Below, in pieces: positions 17,079 to 27,627 of a stretch of 64,000 nucleotides of DNA (the first letter of the stretch is position 1; each line of letters opens with the position of its first letter). Source of the stretch: a virus. The translations under genes were made by a program, and so were the position numbers. The stretch is from IMG/VR virus record IMGVR_UViG_3300031951_000022, positions 64,001 to 128,000 of that record. One strand, 5' to 3'. The notes below the pieces were generated by a model, which saw only the letters and a list, made by a program, of their open reading frames with translations, did no database searches and had not been told where the DNA came from.

Positions 17079-18625
17079 GTTTAGCTAAATTAGTATTACC
17101 GGCACAAATACGAAGAAGGTATGATCCTGACGCGGCGGCGTATATAGCTAATGTTGAGGCCGCAGACGGCCAGAGTCTAGAGCAAGGAATCAAGGATGCT
17201 ATTACGGGTTTTGTTATTGATTGTAAAACCACTGGTATTTGGAATTCTATAAAAAGCTGCTGTTTGTTGTGTGGGGCCAGAACAATAGCCGGGGCCACAG
17301 TGCCACTAAAAGGAAATGCCCCAATATTGACAAGTTTTGTTGGAAATTACAGTAGAGAAAATGGATTAGTAAGAACGGGCGGATTTTTTAGTATTAATAG
17401 AAATAATAATGCTGATCCTCAAAATAGTAAACATGTTGCAGTATATCCGACCAGCATAGACTATGGAAGCTCGGATAGTAATTTTAGAGCAATAATAGGA
17501 TCAACAACAAGCAGCGGTTCTACATTTATTACAGTAAATAGCTTAGGTCTTGTCGCTAGAGCAAATACTTCTACTAATTTAGTTAATAATCAGCCAGTGT
17601 TCGCAAATAGTTTAATTGGCATATCCATATTCAACGATAGTCAAAGCCAACTATTATATAATAATAACTTATCAATATTAAATATATCAACAACAACACC
17701 AGTAAATAATGACTTATTATTATTCACTGGGGCTGGAGTTGCACCTTCTGCTGGTAGAGTAGTTTTTTATAGTGTTGGAGAAAGTTTAAATTTACAAATA
17801 TTAAATAATCTAATTAAAATACTAAGACAAAAAATACTACGCACTTTATCAACATATAGCGTGATAGACAATGATGCTCTAAATTATATAAAAAGAGTAG
17901 AAACTGCTGATGATTTTGTTTTAGAAAATAGCGTTAAGCAGGCTATAGATAATTTTATCTTAGGATTAAAAAACGACAACACTTGGTCAGCTATAAAAGC
18001 TTCGTGCATTATGTGTGGAGCTAGAACCATAAACGGAGCTTTAGTTCCTCTGGTCGGATTGCCTCCTATTAATTTCAATTTTACTCATGACAATAGCTAT
18101 ATTCGCTCTCTAGGATTAATTGGAATAAATAACGGTTTTAGGTTTTTAGATTCACGTAGAAGAAACGATGAAGACCCCCAAAACAATAGTCACCGTGCAG
18201 TTTACAAGCCTGTAGCCTCAAATTACTTAAATGTTTTTATTGGTACAACAAATACCAATGGACATGACTTTATTGGTGCTAGGGGTCAATTGTCTGGCGC
18301 TCTCATGGTAGCATCTAGACTAGCTGTAACTGCTGCTAATGATACGCCGTGGGGTTTTAATACAGGCGCAGGCTTAATAGGAATAGCTAGAAACAACAAT
18401 CTTAATTATGAGGTGATAGGTGCAGGATTGACAACAACTATCAGCGCAACATCTTTAACTCCTAGTGCTGGAAATATAGCTATTTTTGCTAGACCCGGAG
18501 GAGGAGTTAATTCCAACACAGATGCTAGATTATCTTTCTATAGCATTGGTGAGTATCTAAACTTGTCAACGCTAAATAGTAGAGTAGCTACATTAATGAC
18601 AGCACTGTCTAACGCTGGAATATAA
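17075..18625 (+). CDS. Virion-associated protein with two tandem homologous domains
   Basis: D.DA..YI..VE.AD...LE..K.AI..F...K....W..IK..C..CGART..GA.VPL occurs twice. GTG start overlaps the upstream stop. Confidence 0.7.
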   Translation: MSLAKLVLPAQIRRRYDPDAAAYIANVEAADGQSLEQGIKDAITGFVIDCKTTGIWNSIKSCCLLCGARTIAGATVPLKGNAPILTSFVGNYSRENGLVRTGGFFSINRNNNADPQNSKHVAVYPTSIDYGSSDSNFRAIIGSTTSSGSTFITVNSLGLVARANTSTNLVNNQPVFANSLIGISIFNDSQSQLLYNNNLSILNISTTTPVNNDLLLFTGAGVAPSAGRVVFYSVGESLNLQILNNLIKILRQKILRTLSTYSVIDNDALNYIKRVETADDFVLENSVKQAIDNFILGLKNDNTWSAIKASCIMCGARTINGALVPLVGLPPINFNFTHDNSYIRSLGLIGINNGFRFLDSRRRNDEDPQNNSHRAVYKPVASNYLNVFIGTTNTNGHDFIGARGQLSGALMVASRLAVTAANDTPWGFNTGAGLIGIARNNNLNYEVIGAGLTTTISATSLTPSAGNIAIFARPGGGVNSNTDARLSFYSIGEYLNLSTLNSRVATLMTALSNAGI

Positions 18626-18635
18626 GGAGATAATT

Positions 18636-18869
18636 ATGCCACTTAACTTCCCAAACAATCCATCATTAAATCAAACAACCACCATCAACGGGCGTACTTA
18701 TCAGTGGAATGGCACTGCTTGGAATTTAGTAACATATACTTTGCCAACAGCATCAATCTTAAATCAAGGTAGCGTGCAAGTTGTTGATGGCGGTGGTATT
18801 AATGTATCAAACAGCGGACAAATAAGTTCTATAGGTTCACAATTGTATTTATGGGCAAACTTTAGGTAA
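18636..18869 (+). CDS. Small fibre-associated protein
   Basis: MPLNFPNNPSLNQ...YQWNGTAW motif typical of phage fibres; AAGGAG RBS. Confidence 0.7.
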   Translation: MPLNFPNNPSLNQTTTINGRTYQWNGTAWNLVTYTLPTASILNQGSVQVVDGGGINVSNSGQISSIGSQLYLWANFR

Positions 18870-18892
18870 AATTTTTAAGAAAGGAACTTTCT

Positions 18893-19279
18893 ATGGCAAG
18901 TAATCCAGTTTTTGCAGTAACACCACGCATAGGGTTTGGTCAAGTTAGCACAGCGAACACGAACTATGACGGTGTGACCGGAACATATGTTGATATTATA
19001 ACGGGTGCTAGCACTGGCACAAGAATAGCGGAAATTGTCATACAGGCTACCGCAACAACAACAGCCGGTATGGTGCGTTTATTTATTACTGATGGCACAA
19101 CTACAAGAATGTTTGACGAAGTTTCCGTTGCCGCCGCCACGGTGAGTGCATCAGTAAAAGGAGCGAGACTAAGTACAACCTACAACAATCTTATTCTTCC
19201 AAATCAAAATTGGAGAATACGAGCTAGTACCCATAACGCCGTTGCTATAAACGTATTTGCTTTGGGGGCAGATTTGTGA
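18893..19279 (+). CDS. Small beta-rich structural protein
   Basis: AAGGA RBS; Thr/Ala-rich; lies in the fibre module. Confidence 0.65.
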   Translation: MASNPVFAVTPRIGFGQVSTANTNYDGVTGTYVDIITGASTGTRIAEIVIQATATTTAGMVRLFITDGTTTRMFDEVSVAAATVSASVKGARLSTTYNNLILPNQNWRIRASTHNAVAINVFALGADL

Positions 19280-20961
19280 ATAATGGTATTTTTGTACAAG
19301 ATTCATATGATGGTAAAGTCTCTTTTGATTCTCAATCAATAAAGGGGTTGTTAGGTAATCCAACTCTTGTTCCGTTGCCGTATAGTTGCTCTTTTAATCG
19401 TTGGGATCCAAATAAGCTAGTCTATGTTATAGACACAAGACTGCAAAGTTCTACAACTATAACATTTAGTACTAGTAGTTTAATATATACTATTGATTGG
19501 GGTGATGGATATATAGAAAGTATTCGTGTAGCATCTCCATATTTTATTATACGGCACACTTATGCGACTCATGGCTCGTATATCATTCAAACAGATAACA
19601 TAAATAATCCAGTTATAGGTGAAGCCTCTTTAATAGGAATATTATCTTTTGGAACATTTCCTTCTAATGTAAACCTCATATATAATGGAGGAGGTGCTGG
19701 ATCTTTTGCTAACTCTTCAAATTTATTGTTTGTTCCATCTAATCTTCCGCTTCATAATTCGCTTGATTTAGGTACAGCATTAAATAACGCTTTTAAACTC
19801 AATGATCAAAATATTTCTTTGTGGGACACTAGCAAAGTCACCACAATGAGATTTTTATTTCAAAATAATAGATTTTTAAATCAGCCTCTAAATTCTTGGA
19901 ATACATCTAATGTAACATCTATGCAAGGAATGTTTGGCGGAGCTTTATCGTTTAATCAAGATTTGAGCAATTGGAATGTTCGCAAGGTAACGCTTTTTGA
20001 TAGTATGTTTGTGGGAGCAACTAATTTTAATGGTAGCCTTAGCGGGTGGGCGTTGGGTGCAGATACCGCTGGAGCAAGTTGCTCATCGATGTTCTCAAGC
20101 TGTATAAATTTTAATCAAGATTTAAATTCTTGGAATGTTAGTAAAGTTACTAATTTTAATGGTATGTTTAATGGCGCTAGTTCTTTTAATCAAAACCTTA
20201 ACTCTTGGAACACTATTTCTGCAACTACTATGGATAGTATGTTTGTTAACGCTGTTGCTTTTAATGGAGATGTTGGAAATTTTAATACTTCTAATGTTAC
20301 TAGTTTTGGCAATATGTTCAATACTGCTACCTCTTTCAATAAACCAATTAGTAATTGGAATGTTGGCAATGTTACCATTACAGCAAATATGTTTTTGAAT
20401 GCTACTAACTTTAATCAGTCGCTAGACAACTGGAATGTAAGGAAATGTACTAATATGTCTAGCATGTTTAATAATGCTCGTAATTTTAATAGTAGTTTAA
20501 ATAACTGGTCTCCCGGACTTGACTCAACAGGAGTTAATTGTAATGGCATGTTTAGATCTGCTAGATCATTTAATCAAAATCTTACTAGTTGGAATATGAG
20601 TAAAGTAAACAATATATCTGAAATGTTTTTATGCGATGGAATACCCGGAGGAAATGTGCCTAGTGCATTTCAAGGAGATATTAGTAATTGGAATTTGGCT
20701 GGATTAAATGCTAGTACATCATTAGATAATTTTATGAACGGAAAAAACTTAACAGACAGGTATTCAACAGCAAACTATGACGCTTTGCTTATCGGTTGGA
20801 ACAACAATAAATTGATTGGAGCTAATGGTGTAGCTAATTGGCGTACAGATTTGCGCCCCAATTTTGGTGGGGCAAGATATACAGCGGGCGGTGCAGCGGC
20901 AACGGCTAGAGCAGCCCTAGTAAGTTACGGATGGACAATAACAGATGGAGGAGTAGCATGA
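19276..20961 (+). CDS. DUF285/PARCEL (BspA-like) surface-repeat protein
   Basis: Roughly a dozen ~25-aa repeats FNQ.L.SWN.S.VT.M..MF, preceded by a PKD-like IDWGDG motif. Confidence 0.88.
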   Translation: MNNGIFVQDSYDGKVSFDSQSIKGLLGNPTLVPLPYSCSFNRWDPNKLVYVIDTRLQSSTTITFSTSSLIYTIDWGDGYIESIRVASPYFIIRHTYATHGSYIIQTDNINNPVIGEASLIGILSFGTFPSNVNLIYNGGGAGSFANSSNLLFVPSNLPLHNSLDLGTALNNAFKLNDQNISLWDTSKVTTMRFLFQNNRFLNQPLNSWNTSNVTSMQGMFGGALSFNQDLSNWNVRKVTLFDSMFVGATNFNGSLSGWALGADTAGASCSSMFSSCINFNQDLNSWNVSKVTNFNGMFNGASSFNQNLNSWNTISATTMDSMFVNAVAFNGDVGNFNTSNVTSFGNMFNTATSFNKPISNWNVGNVTITANMFLNATNFNQSLDNWNVRKCTNMSSMFNNARNFNSSLNNWSPGLDSTGVNCNGMFRSARSFNQNLTSWNMSKVNNISEMFLCDGIPGGNVPSAFQGDISNWNLAGLNASTSLDNFMNGKNLTDRYSTANYDALLIGWNNNKLIGANGVANWRTDLRPNFGGARYTAGGAAATARAALVSYGWTITDGGVA

Positions 20962-21425
20962 GTAGCGAAATACGAGCGGGAGATAATAGAACATACTGGA
21001 TTATTAGTAATGGTAATAGTTATGTGGACGGCGTGACCGATCCTAATCTTGTTACAACTGTTGGTAATGGTTGGCATATTTATTGGATAGGAAGCGATTA
21101 TAGTGAGTATTTAACGTCATGTAATAATTGCAATATAATGCCAAGAAATACTGATCCTAATACTCCTTCGATTTCTAATAATTATCCGAAGGTTAGCGCC
21201 AGACAGATAAGATTGTGGCTAATTCAAAATGGTATTAGTTTAAAGACCGTTTATGATGCTATCGATACTATTGAAGATCCAACTTTGAGAGATAGTGTAG
21301 CTGTAGAGTGGGAATATGCTCCATATATTGAGCGTAGTCATCACATGTTGGTTTCTTTGGCGGGAATTTTAGGTTTGACAGAAACTGATATAGACAGAGC
21401 TTTTAAAGAAGCTATTAGTCTATAA
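20958..21425 (+). CDS. Fibre-assembly/chaperone-like protein
   Basis: C-terminal VSARQIRLWL...EWEYA..IER......LA..LGL...ID..F..A motif; ATGA overlap with the upstream gene. Confidence 0.6.
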   Translation: MSSEIRAGDNRTYWIISNGNSYVDGVTDPNLVTTVGNGWHIYWIGSDYSEYLTSCNNCNIMPRNTDPNTPSISNNYPKVSARQIRLWLIQNGISLKTVYDAIDTIEDPTLRDSVAVEWEYAPYIERSHHMLVSLAGILGLTETDIDRAFKEAISL

Positions 21426-21473
21426 GGTGTATTTTATATAGTAAATATCTGACTTACAACAAAAGGGTCAAAA

Positions 21474-21998
21474 ATGAGCTGGCAAACCGAATTAACTATT
21501 ATAGTACGCACATTAATTAATGATTTAAATGAACCATATGAATTTTCAGATGCTAGAATACAGCAAATATTAACTGTAGCTGGCAAATATGTTCAATTTG
21601 ACGTTAACTTAGAACATCCATATACTATTGATGTTGTTAATAATAATATTAGTCCTGATCCCACAGTAGATAATGATAGTATTTTTACTAGTTTAGTTTG
21701 TTTAAAGGCTGCATGTATTATTGACCAAGGCACATTCAGAACAAAGGCGGCCCTAGAAGGCATTAGAACAGCACTAGGTTCAGCGTCATTGAGTTTTGGT
21801 GGTTCGTTAGCTGGATGGCAATCTATTATAGATCATGGGGCCTGTGGCCTATACGAAGAACTAACAAGCCATTGGGATGTTAGAAATGCTACGGCGTTTG
21901 CTGCTGTACTTAGTCCTTTCGTTAGTAATAAGTTTGATCCAAGATATCTTAATGTTGGACCATTCAGAAATGTTGGCAATAATGACTTTTATTCGTAA
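21474..21998 (+). CDS. Putative head-tail adaptor (neck 1)
   Basis: VRTLIND....EFSD..I pattern; preceded by GGTGTA (21426). Confidence 0.6.
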   Translation: MSWQTELTIIVRTLINDLNEPYEFSDARIQQILTVAGKYVQFDVNLEHPYTIDVVNNNISPDPTVDNDSIFTSLVCLKAACIIDQGTFRTKAALEGIRTALGSASLSFGGSLAGWQSIIDHGACGLYEELTSHWDVRNATAFAAVLSPFVSNKFDPRYLNVGPFRNVGNNDFYS

Positions 21999-22007
21999 GG
22001 ATAATCC

Positions 22008-22517
22008 ATGACATATCCCAATTTTCCTAATTTGCAGCAGATATATAATAATCAAATGGATTTATTGTTTGCTAGTACTGGATTAACCACAGAATGTCAA
22101 CTAAATTTTGGCATAACAAAAAAAGATATGTGTCCAAACTGTTTATATGATCCAGCCTTAAAAAAGTCTGCGAATAAATATAAAACTGGTGGGCCAATAG
22201 CTTTTTCTTTAGGTCAGCTTTGTCCATATTGTAATGGTCTGGGATATTATGGAGAAGAAACTACAGAAAATATTTTTATGGCTATTATTGCTGATCATAA
22301 AAAATGGATTAATCCACCCATTAATTTAGCCATTAGTGATAATGTTGTTCAGTCTATGTGTTCTAGAATTTATTTAGCAAGCATCAAAAGATGTAAAGAT
22401 ATGACAGTATTGTATAGTGCAACCAATACAAATCCAACATATACTCTATTCACAGATCCTACGCCTGCTGGACTTGGTGATAATAATTACATTATTTGTT
22501 TATGGAAAAATGTATGA
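22008..22517 (+). CDS. Putative head-closure protein
   Basis: CPNC...CPYCNG.G motifs; position in the neck module. Confidence 0.55.
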   Translation: MTYPNFPNLQQIYNNQMDLLFASTGLTTECQLNFGITKKDMCPNCLYDPALKKSANKYKTGGPIAFSLGQLCPYCNGLGYYGEETTENIFMAIIADHKKWINPPINLAISDNVVQSMCSRIYLASIKRCKDMTVLYSATNTNPTYTLFTDPTPAGLGDNNYIICLWKNV

Positions 22518-23152
22518 ACTTATCTTTAAAAATTTTAGAAACTAATCAAATTATTCAAAAGGAAATTCTTCAAGCTCTACTACCACAAGTAGATATCTAT
22601 ATGACTAGGATTATGGGTAATCTTAAAGAAAAACTACCTCCTATTGTGTCCAAAGCTATTACCAACAGACCAGAATATATGAGCTTAGTTAGCGGTAGAT
22701 TAAGACTAGAATTAGGAATACCGGACGCTTCTACCAAAGTATCACAACTAATACAAATATGGATCTCTAATATTCAATACACATACAAAAAACCACAAAT
22801 TAGTGGTGGCGCTATTAAAAGCTCTTTTTCTGCATCTCTAATCAAGAACGATTTTTCAGATGTAACTAATACTGAAGCAGGATCTGTGCAGGACAATATA
22901 AGAGGTTATAGTTTGCCTTGGTTAGAATGGTTGTTATTAGATGGCAATCGCACTATTGTTCCTAATCAGTCTGTAGTTATCGGACCCAATAACAGTTCTC
23001 GTACTGGAATGGCTATTATGAGAGAATCTCCGGGAGGATGGAAAGTTCCAGCAGAATTTACAGGAACTATCAACGACAACTGGATCACACGAGCGATAGA
23101 AGATGCTGCCCCAGACATTAACAATTTATTAAACAGGATTATGAAATCATGA
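22514..23152 (+). CDS. Putative neck/tail-completion protein
   Basis: ATGA overlap with the upstream gene; LPWLEWLL...GT..DNWITRAI; synteny. Confidence 0.5.
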   Translation: MNLSLKILETNQIIQKEILQALLPQVDIYMTRIMGNLKEKLPPIVSKAITNRPEYMSLVSGRLRLELGIPDASTKVSQLIQIWISNIQYTYKKPQISGGAIKSSFSASLIKNDFSDVTNTEAGSVQDNIRGYSLPWLEWLLLDGNRTIVPNQSVVIGPNNSSRTGMAIMRESPGGWKVPAEFTGTINDNWITRAIEDAAPDINNLLNRIMKS

Positions 23153-24105
23153 GCTGCGAACACAACACCACCTTCAAAGGCATCAACAGTATATCTGATG
23201 ATCTATTACTAAATATAGTAGAATCAAACTTTAAAACTTTCTTCGATTGGGCATTTCTGCATATAGGGGCGTGGTTTGATGCCTCTGCCGCTAATAGCGG
23301 AACAATTTACGCCAATAGACCTCCTGCACAACTATTAGCTGTAGACGATATGTCTTATACAGACGGTAGGGTTTGGCAAGGGGTTAGAAAAGATTGGGTG
23401 TGGGAATATGAGTCTGTTTTTAATAGTGGGTCTCCTATTCAAATTAGTGGTGTTTATGTCAACAACAACTATGTGCCGTATGCTAGTGGTGGCTTTGTTG
23501 TGAACTATCCAGAAGGTAAAATTATTTTTGATAATCCGATATCAACTAATAGTTCGGTCAAAATCAACCATAGTTATAGATATGTGCAAGTTTATAGAGC
23601 AAGCGATAGTCCTTGGTTCAATGTTTTACAGTATCCGACATTCAATAATTCTTTGCCAGATATTCAGCAAATTTCGACGGGAGAGTGGTCAATAGGCTCA
23701 CAACATAGAGTTCAATTGCCATGCATTATTATAGATCCAGTACCCAGATCACGATCAAGACCTTATGAAATAGGCAATACAAGCTTATGGCTAGAACAAG
23801 ATATTGCTTTTTATGTTTTAGCCGAAAGTAAAAATGAAAGAAATAAACTTCTTGATATTATTCGTTTACAACAAGATCTAACTATTCAGCTTTACAATAC
23901 TAATAGCTTAACTCAAAACGATCAATATCCTCTAGATTATAATGGCGATTTAAAAAATAATCCATTAATGTATCCAGATATGATTGATCAATATCCTTGG
24001 AGAAAGTGTTTTATTAAGAATATTAGCCTATTTGAGATCGATTCTACAACTCCAGGTTTACACCAAGGCATGGCAAGGGCTACCGTGGAAATAATTTCTG
24101 GTTGA
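23149..24105 (+). CDS. Putative tail terminator/completion protein
   Basis: QLPCIII...RPYEIG...QDIAFYVLAE..ERNKL; directly upstream of the tail tube gene. Confidence 0.5.
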   Translation: MSCEHNTTFKGINSISDDLLLNIVESNFKTFFDWAFLHIGAWFDASAANSGTIYANRPPAQLLAVDDMSYTDGRVWQGVRKDWVWEYESVFNSGSPIQISGVYVNNNYVPYASGGFVVNYPEGKIIFDNPISTNSSVKINHSYRYVQVYRASDSPWFNVLQYPTFNNSLPDIQQISTGEWSIGSQHRVQLPCIIIDPVPRSRSRPYEIGNTSLWLEQDIAFYVLAESKNERNKLLDIIRLQQDLTIQLYNTNSLTQNDQYPLDYNGDLKNNPLMYPDMIDQYPWRKCFIKNISLFEIDSTTPGLHQGMARATVEIISG

Positions 24106-24206
24106 TTCGGAACCTTTAGTGTATCATAAAATAAGATTAATATAGCAAAATACCATCATATAATTAGTTATCACTAAACTACATTTCAATTAAGTGGAGA
24201 TAAATT

Positions 24207-25307
24207 ATGGCCAATAATCGTATCTATTATGCAATTCAACAGGTTAAACTAGGCCCCGCAGCAGGCGTCATGGCTCCCATAAACGGCTTACAAACTGTTG
24301 GCATGACAACAAACTTTAATCTAGAGCAAGTGTTTGAAATGGGTCAGTTGGCTATCTATCAAAACATCGAAAACGTACCAGATGTGGAAGTCACACTTAA
24401 TAAGGTTCTTGATGGTTATCCACTAGTATATGTTTTAGCTACTGAAGAAGGCTCTAGTGTCGCTACTGGTCTTACCGCAGTGAATCCAACAATTGCTGGT
24501 CGCCAAAATGCTCGTTGCGATATGAGACTATCTATTTTCAACGACACCAATGTGAGTTCTAGTGGTAATTCTATTGCTAATGTTACATGTTCTGGTATGT
24601 ATGTGAGTAGTGTAAGTTATACGTTTCCAGTTGATGGAAATTTTACAGAAGACGTAACACTAGTAGGAAACAATAAGGTTTGGGGTGGTGTAGTAACTGG
24701 TTCTTTTGCCGGAAATAATGATGAGCCATTATCTGCAACCGGTGTTGGTCGCAGACAATATCTAAGTATGGCTAATTGCAGATTTCCTACTCAAATCCCA
24801 GGCATCTCAGGAGACGGCACCAACGCATTATTAGGTAATGGCAGTGGTTACGCAGCACACTTCCAGAATATCTCAGTAAGTTGCGATTTTGGTCGTGAAG
24901 CCATTAGCGAACTAGGCACATTTGCTCCGTATCATCGCTATGTAACATTTCCTGTTGAAGTTACTAGTGAGTTTGAATTAGTTGCTGTTTCTGGAGATAT
25001 GATTAATGCCACAGAAAGTGGATATTATAGAGGCTTAACTGGTACAACGGTCGCTACACCAAGCGATACAGGCTGTGTTGCTCGTCATAATCTATTAGAT
25101 CAAACAATCTTCTTAGAAACATGCGAAGGCACCAGAATTTATCTTGGCACCAAGAATAAACTAACTAGTGTTAACTACACAGGTGGTGATACTGGTGGTG
25201 GTAACGTGAATGTCACATATAGCTATAGTACATTTAATGACTTTGTTGTGGCTCACTCTGGTGGTGATTTTTATAGTCAATTAGCCGGTAGTACATATAC
25301 TCCATAA
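24207..25307 (+). CDS. Major tail tube protein
   Basis: GLQTVGMTTNFNLEQVFEMGQL with a duplicated second half (RE.I.ELG). GGAG RBS and AGTGTA motif at 24118. Confidence 0.72.
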   Translation: MANNRIYYAIQQVKLGPAAGVMAPINGLQTVGMTTNFNLEQVFEMGQLAIYQNIENVPDVEVTLNKVLDGYPLVYVLATEEGSSVATGLTAVNPTIAGRQNARCDMRLSIFNDTNVSSSGNSIANVTCSGMYVSSVSYTFPVDGNFTEDVTLVGNNKVWGGVVTGSFAGNNDEPLSATGVGRRQYLSMANCRFPTQIPGISGDGTNALLGNGSGYAAHFQNISVSCDFGREAISELGTFAPYHRYVTFPVEVTSEFELVAVSGDMINATESGYYRGLTGTTVATPSDTGCVARHNLLDQTIFLETCEGTRIYLGTKNKLTSVNYTGGDTGGGNVNVTYSYSTFNDFVVAHSGGDFYSQLAGSTYTP

Positions 25308-25349
25308 TTGACTTAAACAAAAGACTCTGGAATTTTGTAGATAAGGACT

Positions 25350-26396
25350 ATGGATCAAACAACAGTAGGAATATATCTATCCAGAATTTTATCTGGGTAC
25401 TATATCTTTTTTTATCGTGGACAAAAATATAAACTCATATATCCTAATATGGATATAAAGTATGAGGCAGATATTTACGCCCAAGAGGAATATGAAAATA
25501 ATAAGTTTAATGATTGGATTTCTGATGATATGATTGTGGATAGTTTGGTTAGTATAGGAATGTGGTCATATAATGGCGATGATAATATAAAAAATATTGA
25601 GAAGCAGATAGAGGATCTTAAGGTAGATTTATATCAAAACTTTTTAAATCCACCAAAACTTAAATCTGTTCGTCGCACCCTAAACAATACAAAGAACACA
25701 TATGATAAGCTTTATCAGATTAGACATTCTTTAGACTCATGTACAGTTAAAGGTTATTGTAATGTTCTTAAAAATCAATATTTATTAATGCACAGTATAT
25801 ATGACAATAGCAATAATTTAGTATTTAATTCTAAAGATGCCGATTTTCAATTACTCAACTCTTTAGCGTCTATTATTGCAGAAAATACTATAGACCTTAA
25901 AACATTTCGCAGCATCGCTAGAGATGACGTATGGAAAAATTACTGGTCCGCTAATAATAATTATGTTTTTGATCAACCAACTATTAATTGGACAGACGAG
26001 CAAAAAACTTTAGTTGTATTAACTAAAATGTATGATAATGCATATCAACACCCAGAATGTCCAGAAGAAAAAGTAATTAATGATGACGATATGTTTGATG
26101 GTTGGATGATTTTACAGCGCAGAGAACACGAAAAAAATAAGAATAAAAATAGAACAGAGAAACTTTTAGAGGGTAAAAAATTAGGAAAAGCGGGTGAGAT
26201 ATTTATAATGGCTAATTCCCAAGAAGAAGCACAAAACATATATGACTTGAACGATATAACATCAAGACATATTATAAAAGAAAGACATTCTACTATTATT
26301 GGTACTAATAATGATGTTAGTGATTCACAGTTGCCAGATGTTAAGCGAAATATGGTAGTACAAAGTAATCAACAATTCAAAGATACTAGGAAATAA
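25350..26396 (+). CDS. Putative tail assembly chaperone
   Basis: Between tube and tape measure; YDNAYQHPECPEEKVINDDDMFDGW. Confidence 0.5.
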   Translation: MDQTTVGIYLSRILSGYYIFFYRGQKYKLIYPNMDIKYEADIYAQEEYENNKFNDWISDDMIVDSLVSIGMWSYNGDDNIKNIEKQIEDLKVDLYQNFLNPPKLKSVRRTLNNTKNTYDKLYQIRHSLDSCTVKGYCNVLKNQYLLMHSIYDNSNNLVFNSKDADFQLLNSLASIIAENTIDLKTFRSIARDDVWKNYWSANNNYVFDQPTINWTDEQKTLVVLTKMYDNAYQHPECPEEKVINDDDMFDGWMILQRREHEKNKNKNRTEKLLEGKKLGKAGEIFIMANSQEEAQNIYDLNDITSRHIIKERHSTIIGTNNDVSDSQLPDVKRNMVVQSNQQFKDTRK

Positions 26397-26399
26397 CTT

Positions 26400-26702
26400 A
26401 TGGACAATATGCATAAAACAATTTTAACTAAAAGATTTCAAACCACAATGATTGGTGCGTTATTCGAATTTGAAAAAGTGTTTGGTTATTTATGGGGTCA
26501 AGACAAGCACGAGGATGAATTGACTAATAAAGAATTGGATTTTTTGGACAGATGGGATAGTGTCAGGAATCAAATTTTGAATAATGGTAATAGTCAGCTT
26601 CGTAAGGCTATTGCTGATCTAGATAAAGTAAATGGACAAATCAAATATAACTACCGTTTTTACCAAAAGAAAGAGGAATCAAATGAAGACCCAAAACTTT
26701 AA
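26400..26702 (+). CDS. Hypothetical protein (100 aa)
   Basis: In-operon ORF. Confidence 0.65.
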   Translation: MDNMHKTILTKRFQTTMIGALFEFEKVFGYLWGQDKHEDELTNKELDFLDRWDSVRNQILNNGNSQLRKAIADLDKVNGQIKYNYRFYQKKEESNEDPKL

Positions 26703-27543
26703 GATTATCAATAAAGAAGGCAAGGAAGTAGAACTTTTAGTCAGGTCTCCTTCTGCTGAAGATCAGAAGCAGGCTACTAAAGTTTATAATCAAGCTTTTA
26801 GTGACGCTATTAAGTCTAAGGCTATAGTCAGAGCTAAATTAGATGATGTATTAACAGAACAGGGACTATGGGACGGCAACAAACAGGTCAAGTTTTTAGA
26901 ATATCAAACAACTATTCTTGAGGGTGAGAGACAACTCGCTAAGGGCGGTATTTCCATCAATCAAGCTAGAGATATTGCCCTAAATATGAAAAAGGCAAGA
27001 GAAGATCTAAAAGAGCTAATTTCTGTTAAGACTAATTTAGACATACATACTGCCGAAGGACAGGCCGATAATGCTCGCTTTAATTATTTAGTTTCAGCTT
27101 GTACGGTGTATAGTGATACTAAAGAGCAATATTTTAAAGGTTATGATGATTATCTAAATAGATCAGGAGAAGTAGCAGCCCTACTTTCTGCTCAACATTT
27201 GGCCGCAATGATATATGGTTTGGACAATGATTATGAAGATAAGTTACCAGAAAACAAGTTTTTAAAGAAATACAAGTTTGTTGATACTAAACTTAGACTC
27301 ATAAACAAAGAAGGTAAGCTAGTAGATAGTGATGGTAGACTGATTGACGAAAGTGGTCGATTTATCAACGATAAGGGTGAGTTTGTTGATAAAGACGGTA
27401 ATGTCGTTGATCAAGAGGGTGACTATGTAGTAGACTTTAAACCATTTTTAGATGATAATGGACAACCAGTACTTGTGGAAGAAAAAAAGGATGAAACCAT
27501 CAACACAACTAGCGAGATTACAGAAGAAAAACAAACTAGTTAG
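26683..27543 (+). CDS. Putative tail assembly chaperone with C-terminal 7-aa (I/V)DxxGxx repeats
   Basis: GAGGA RBS gives start 26683; INKEGKLVDSDGRLIDESGRFINDKGEFVDKDGNVVDQEGD. Confidence 0.55.
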   Translation: MKTQNFKIINKEGKEVELLVRSPSAEDQKQATKVYNQAFSDAIKSKAIVRAKLDDVLTEQGLWDGNKQVKFLEYQTTILEGERQLAKGGISINQARDIALNMKKAREDLKELISVKTNLDIHTAEGQADNARFNYLVSACTVYSDTKEQYFKGYDDYLNRSGEVAALLSAQHLAAMIYGLDNDYEDKLPENKFLKKYKFVDTKLRLINKEGKLVDSDGRLIDESGRFINDKGEFVDKDGNVVDQEGDYVVDFKPFLDDNGQPVLVEEKKDETINTTSEITEEKQTS

Positions 27544-27572
27544 TAGTCCTAAATTTTATACATCATTTGAAT

Positions 27573-27611
27573 ATATCCCCAAAGAATTAACTTCTTTTGG
27601 GGATATTTTTT
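27573..27611 (+). terminator. Intrinsic terminator/attenuator before the tape measure gene
   Basis: ATATCCCCAAAGAA-loop-TTCTTTTGGGGATAT followed by a T-run. Confidence 0.7.
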
Positions 27612-27627
27612 ATAGAAGAGCTTAAAC

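Noticed and set aside
26632-26702. Programmed -1 frameshift between tail chaperone ORFs (lambda G/GT type)
   Set aside because: No XXXYYYZ heptamer in the overlap, and the downstream ORF has its own GAGGA RBS and ATG at 26683.
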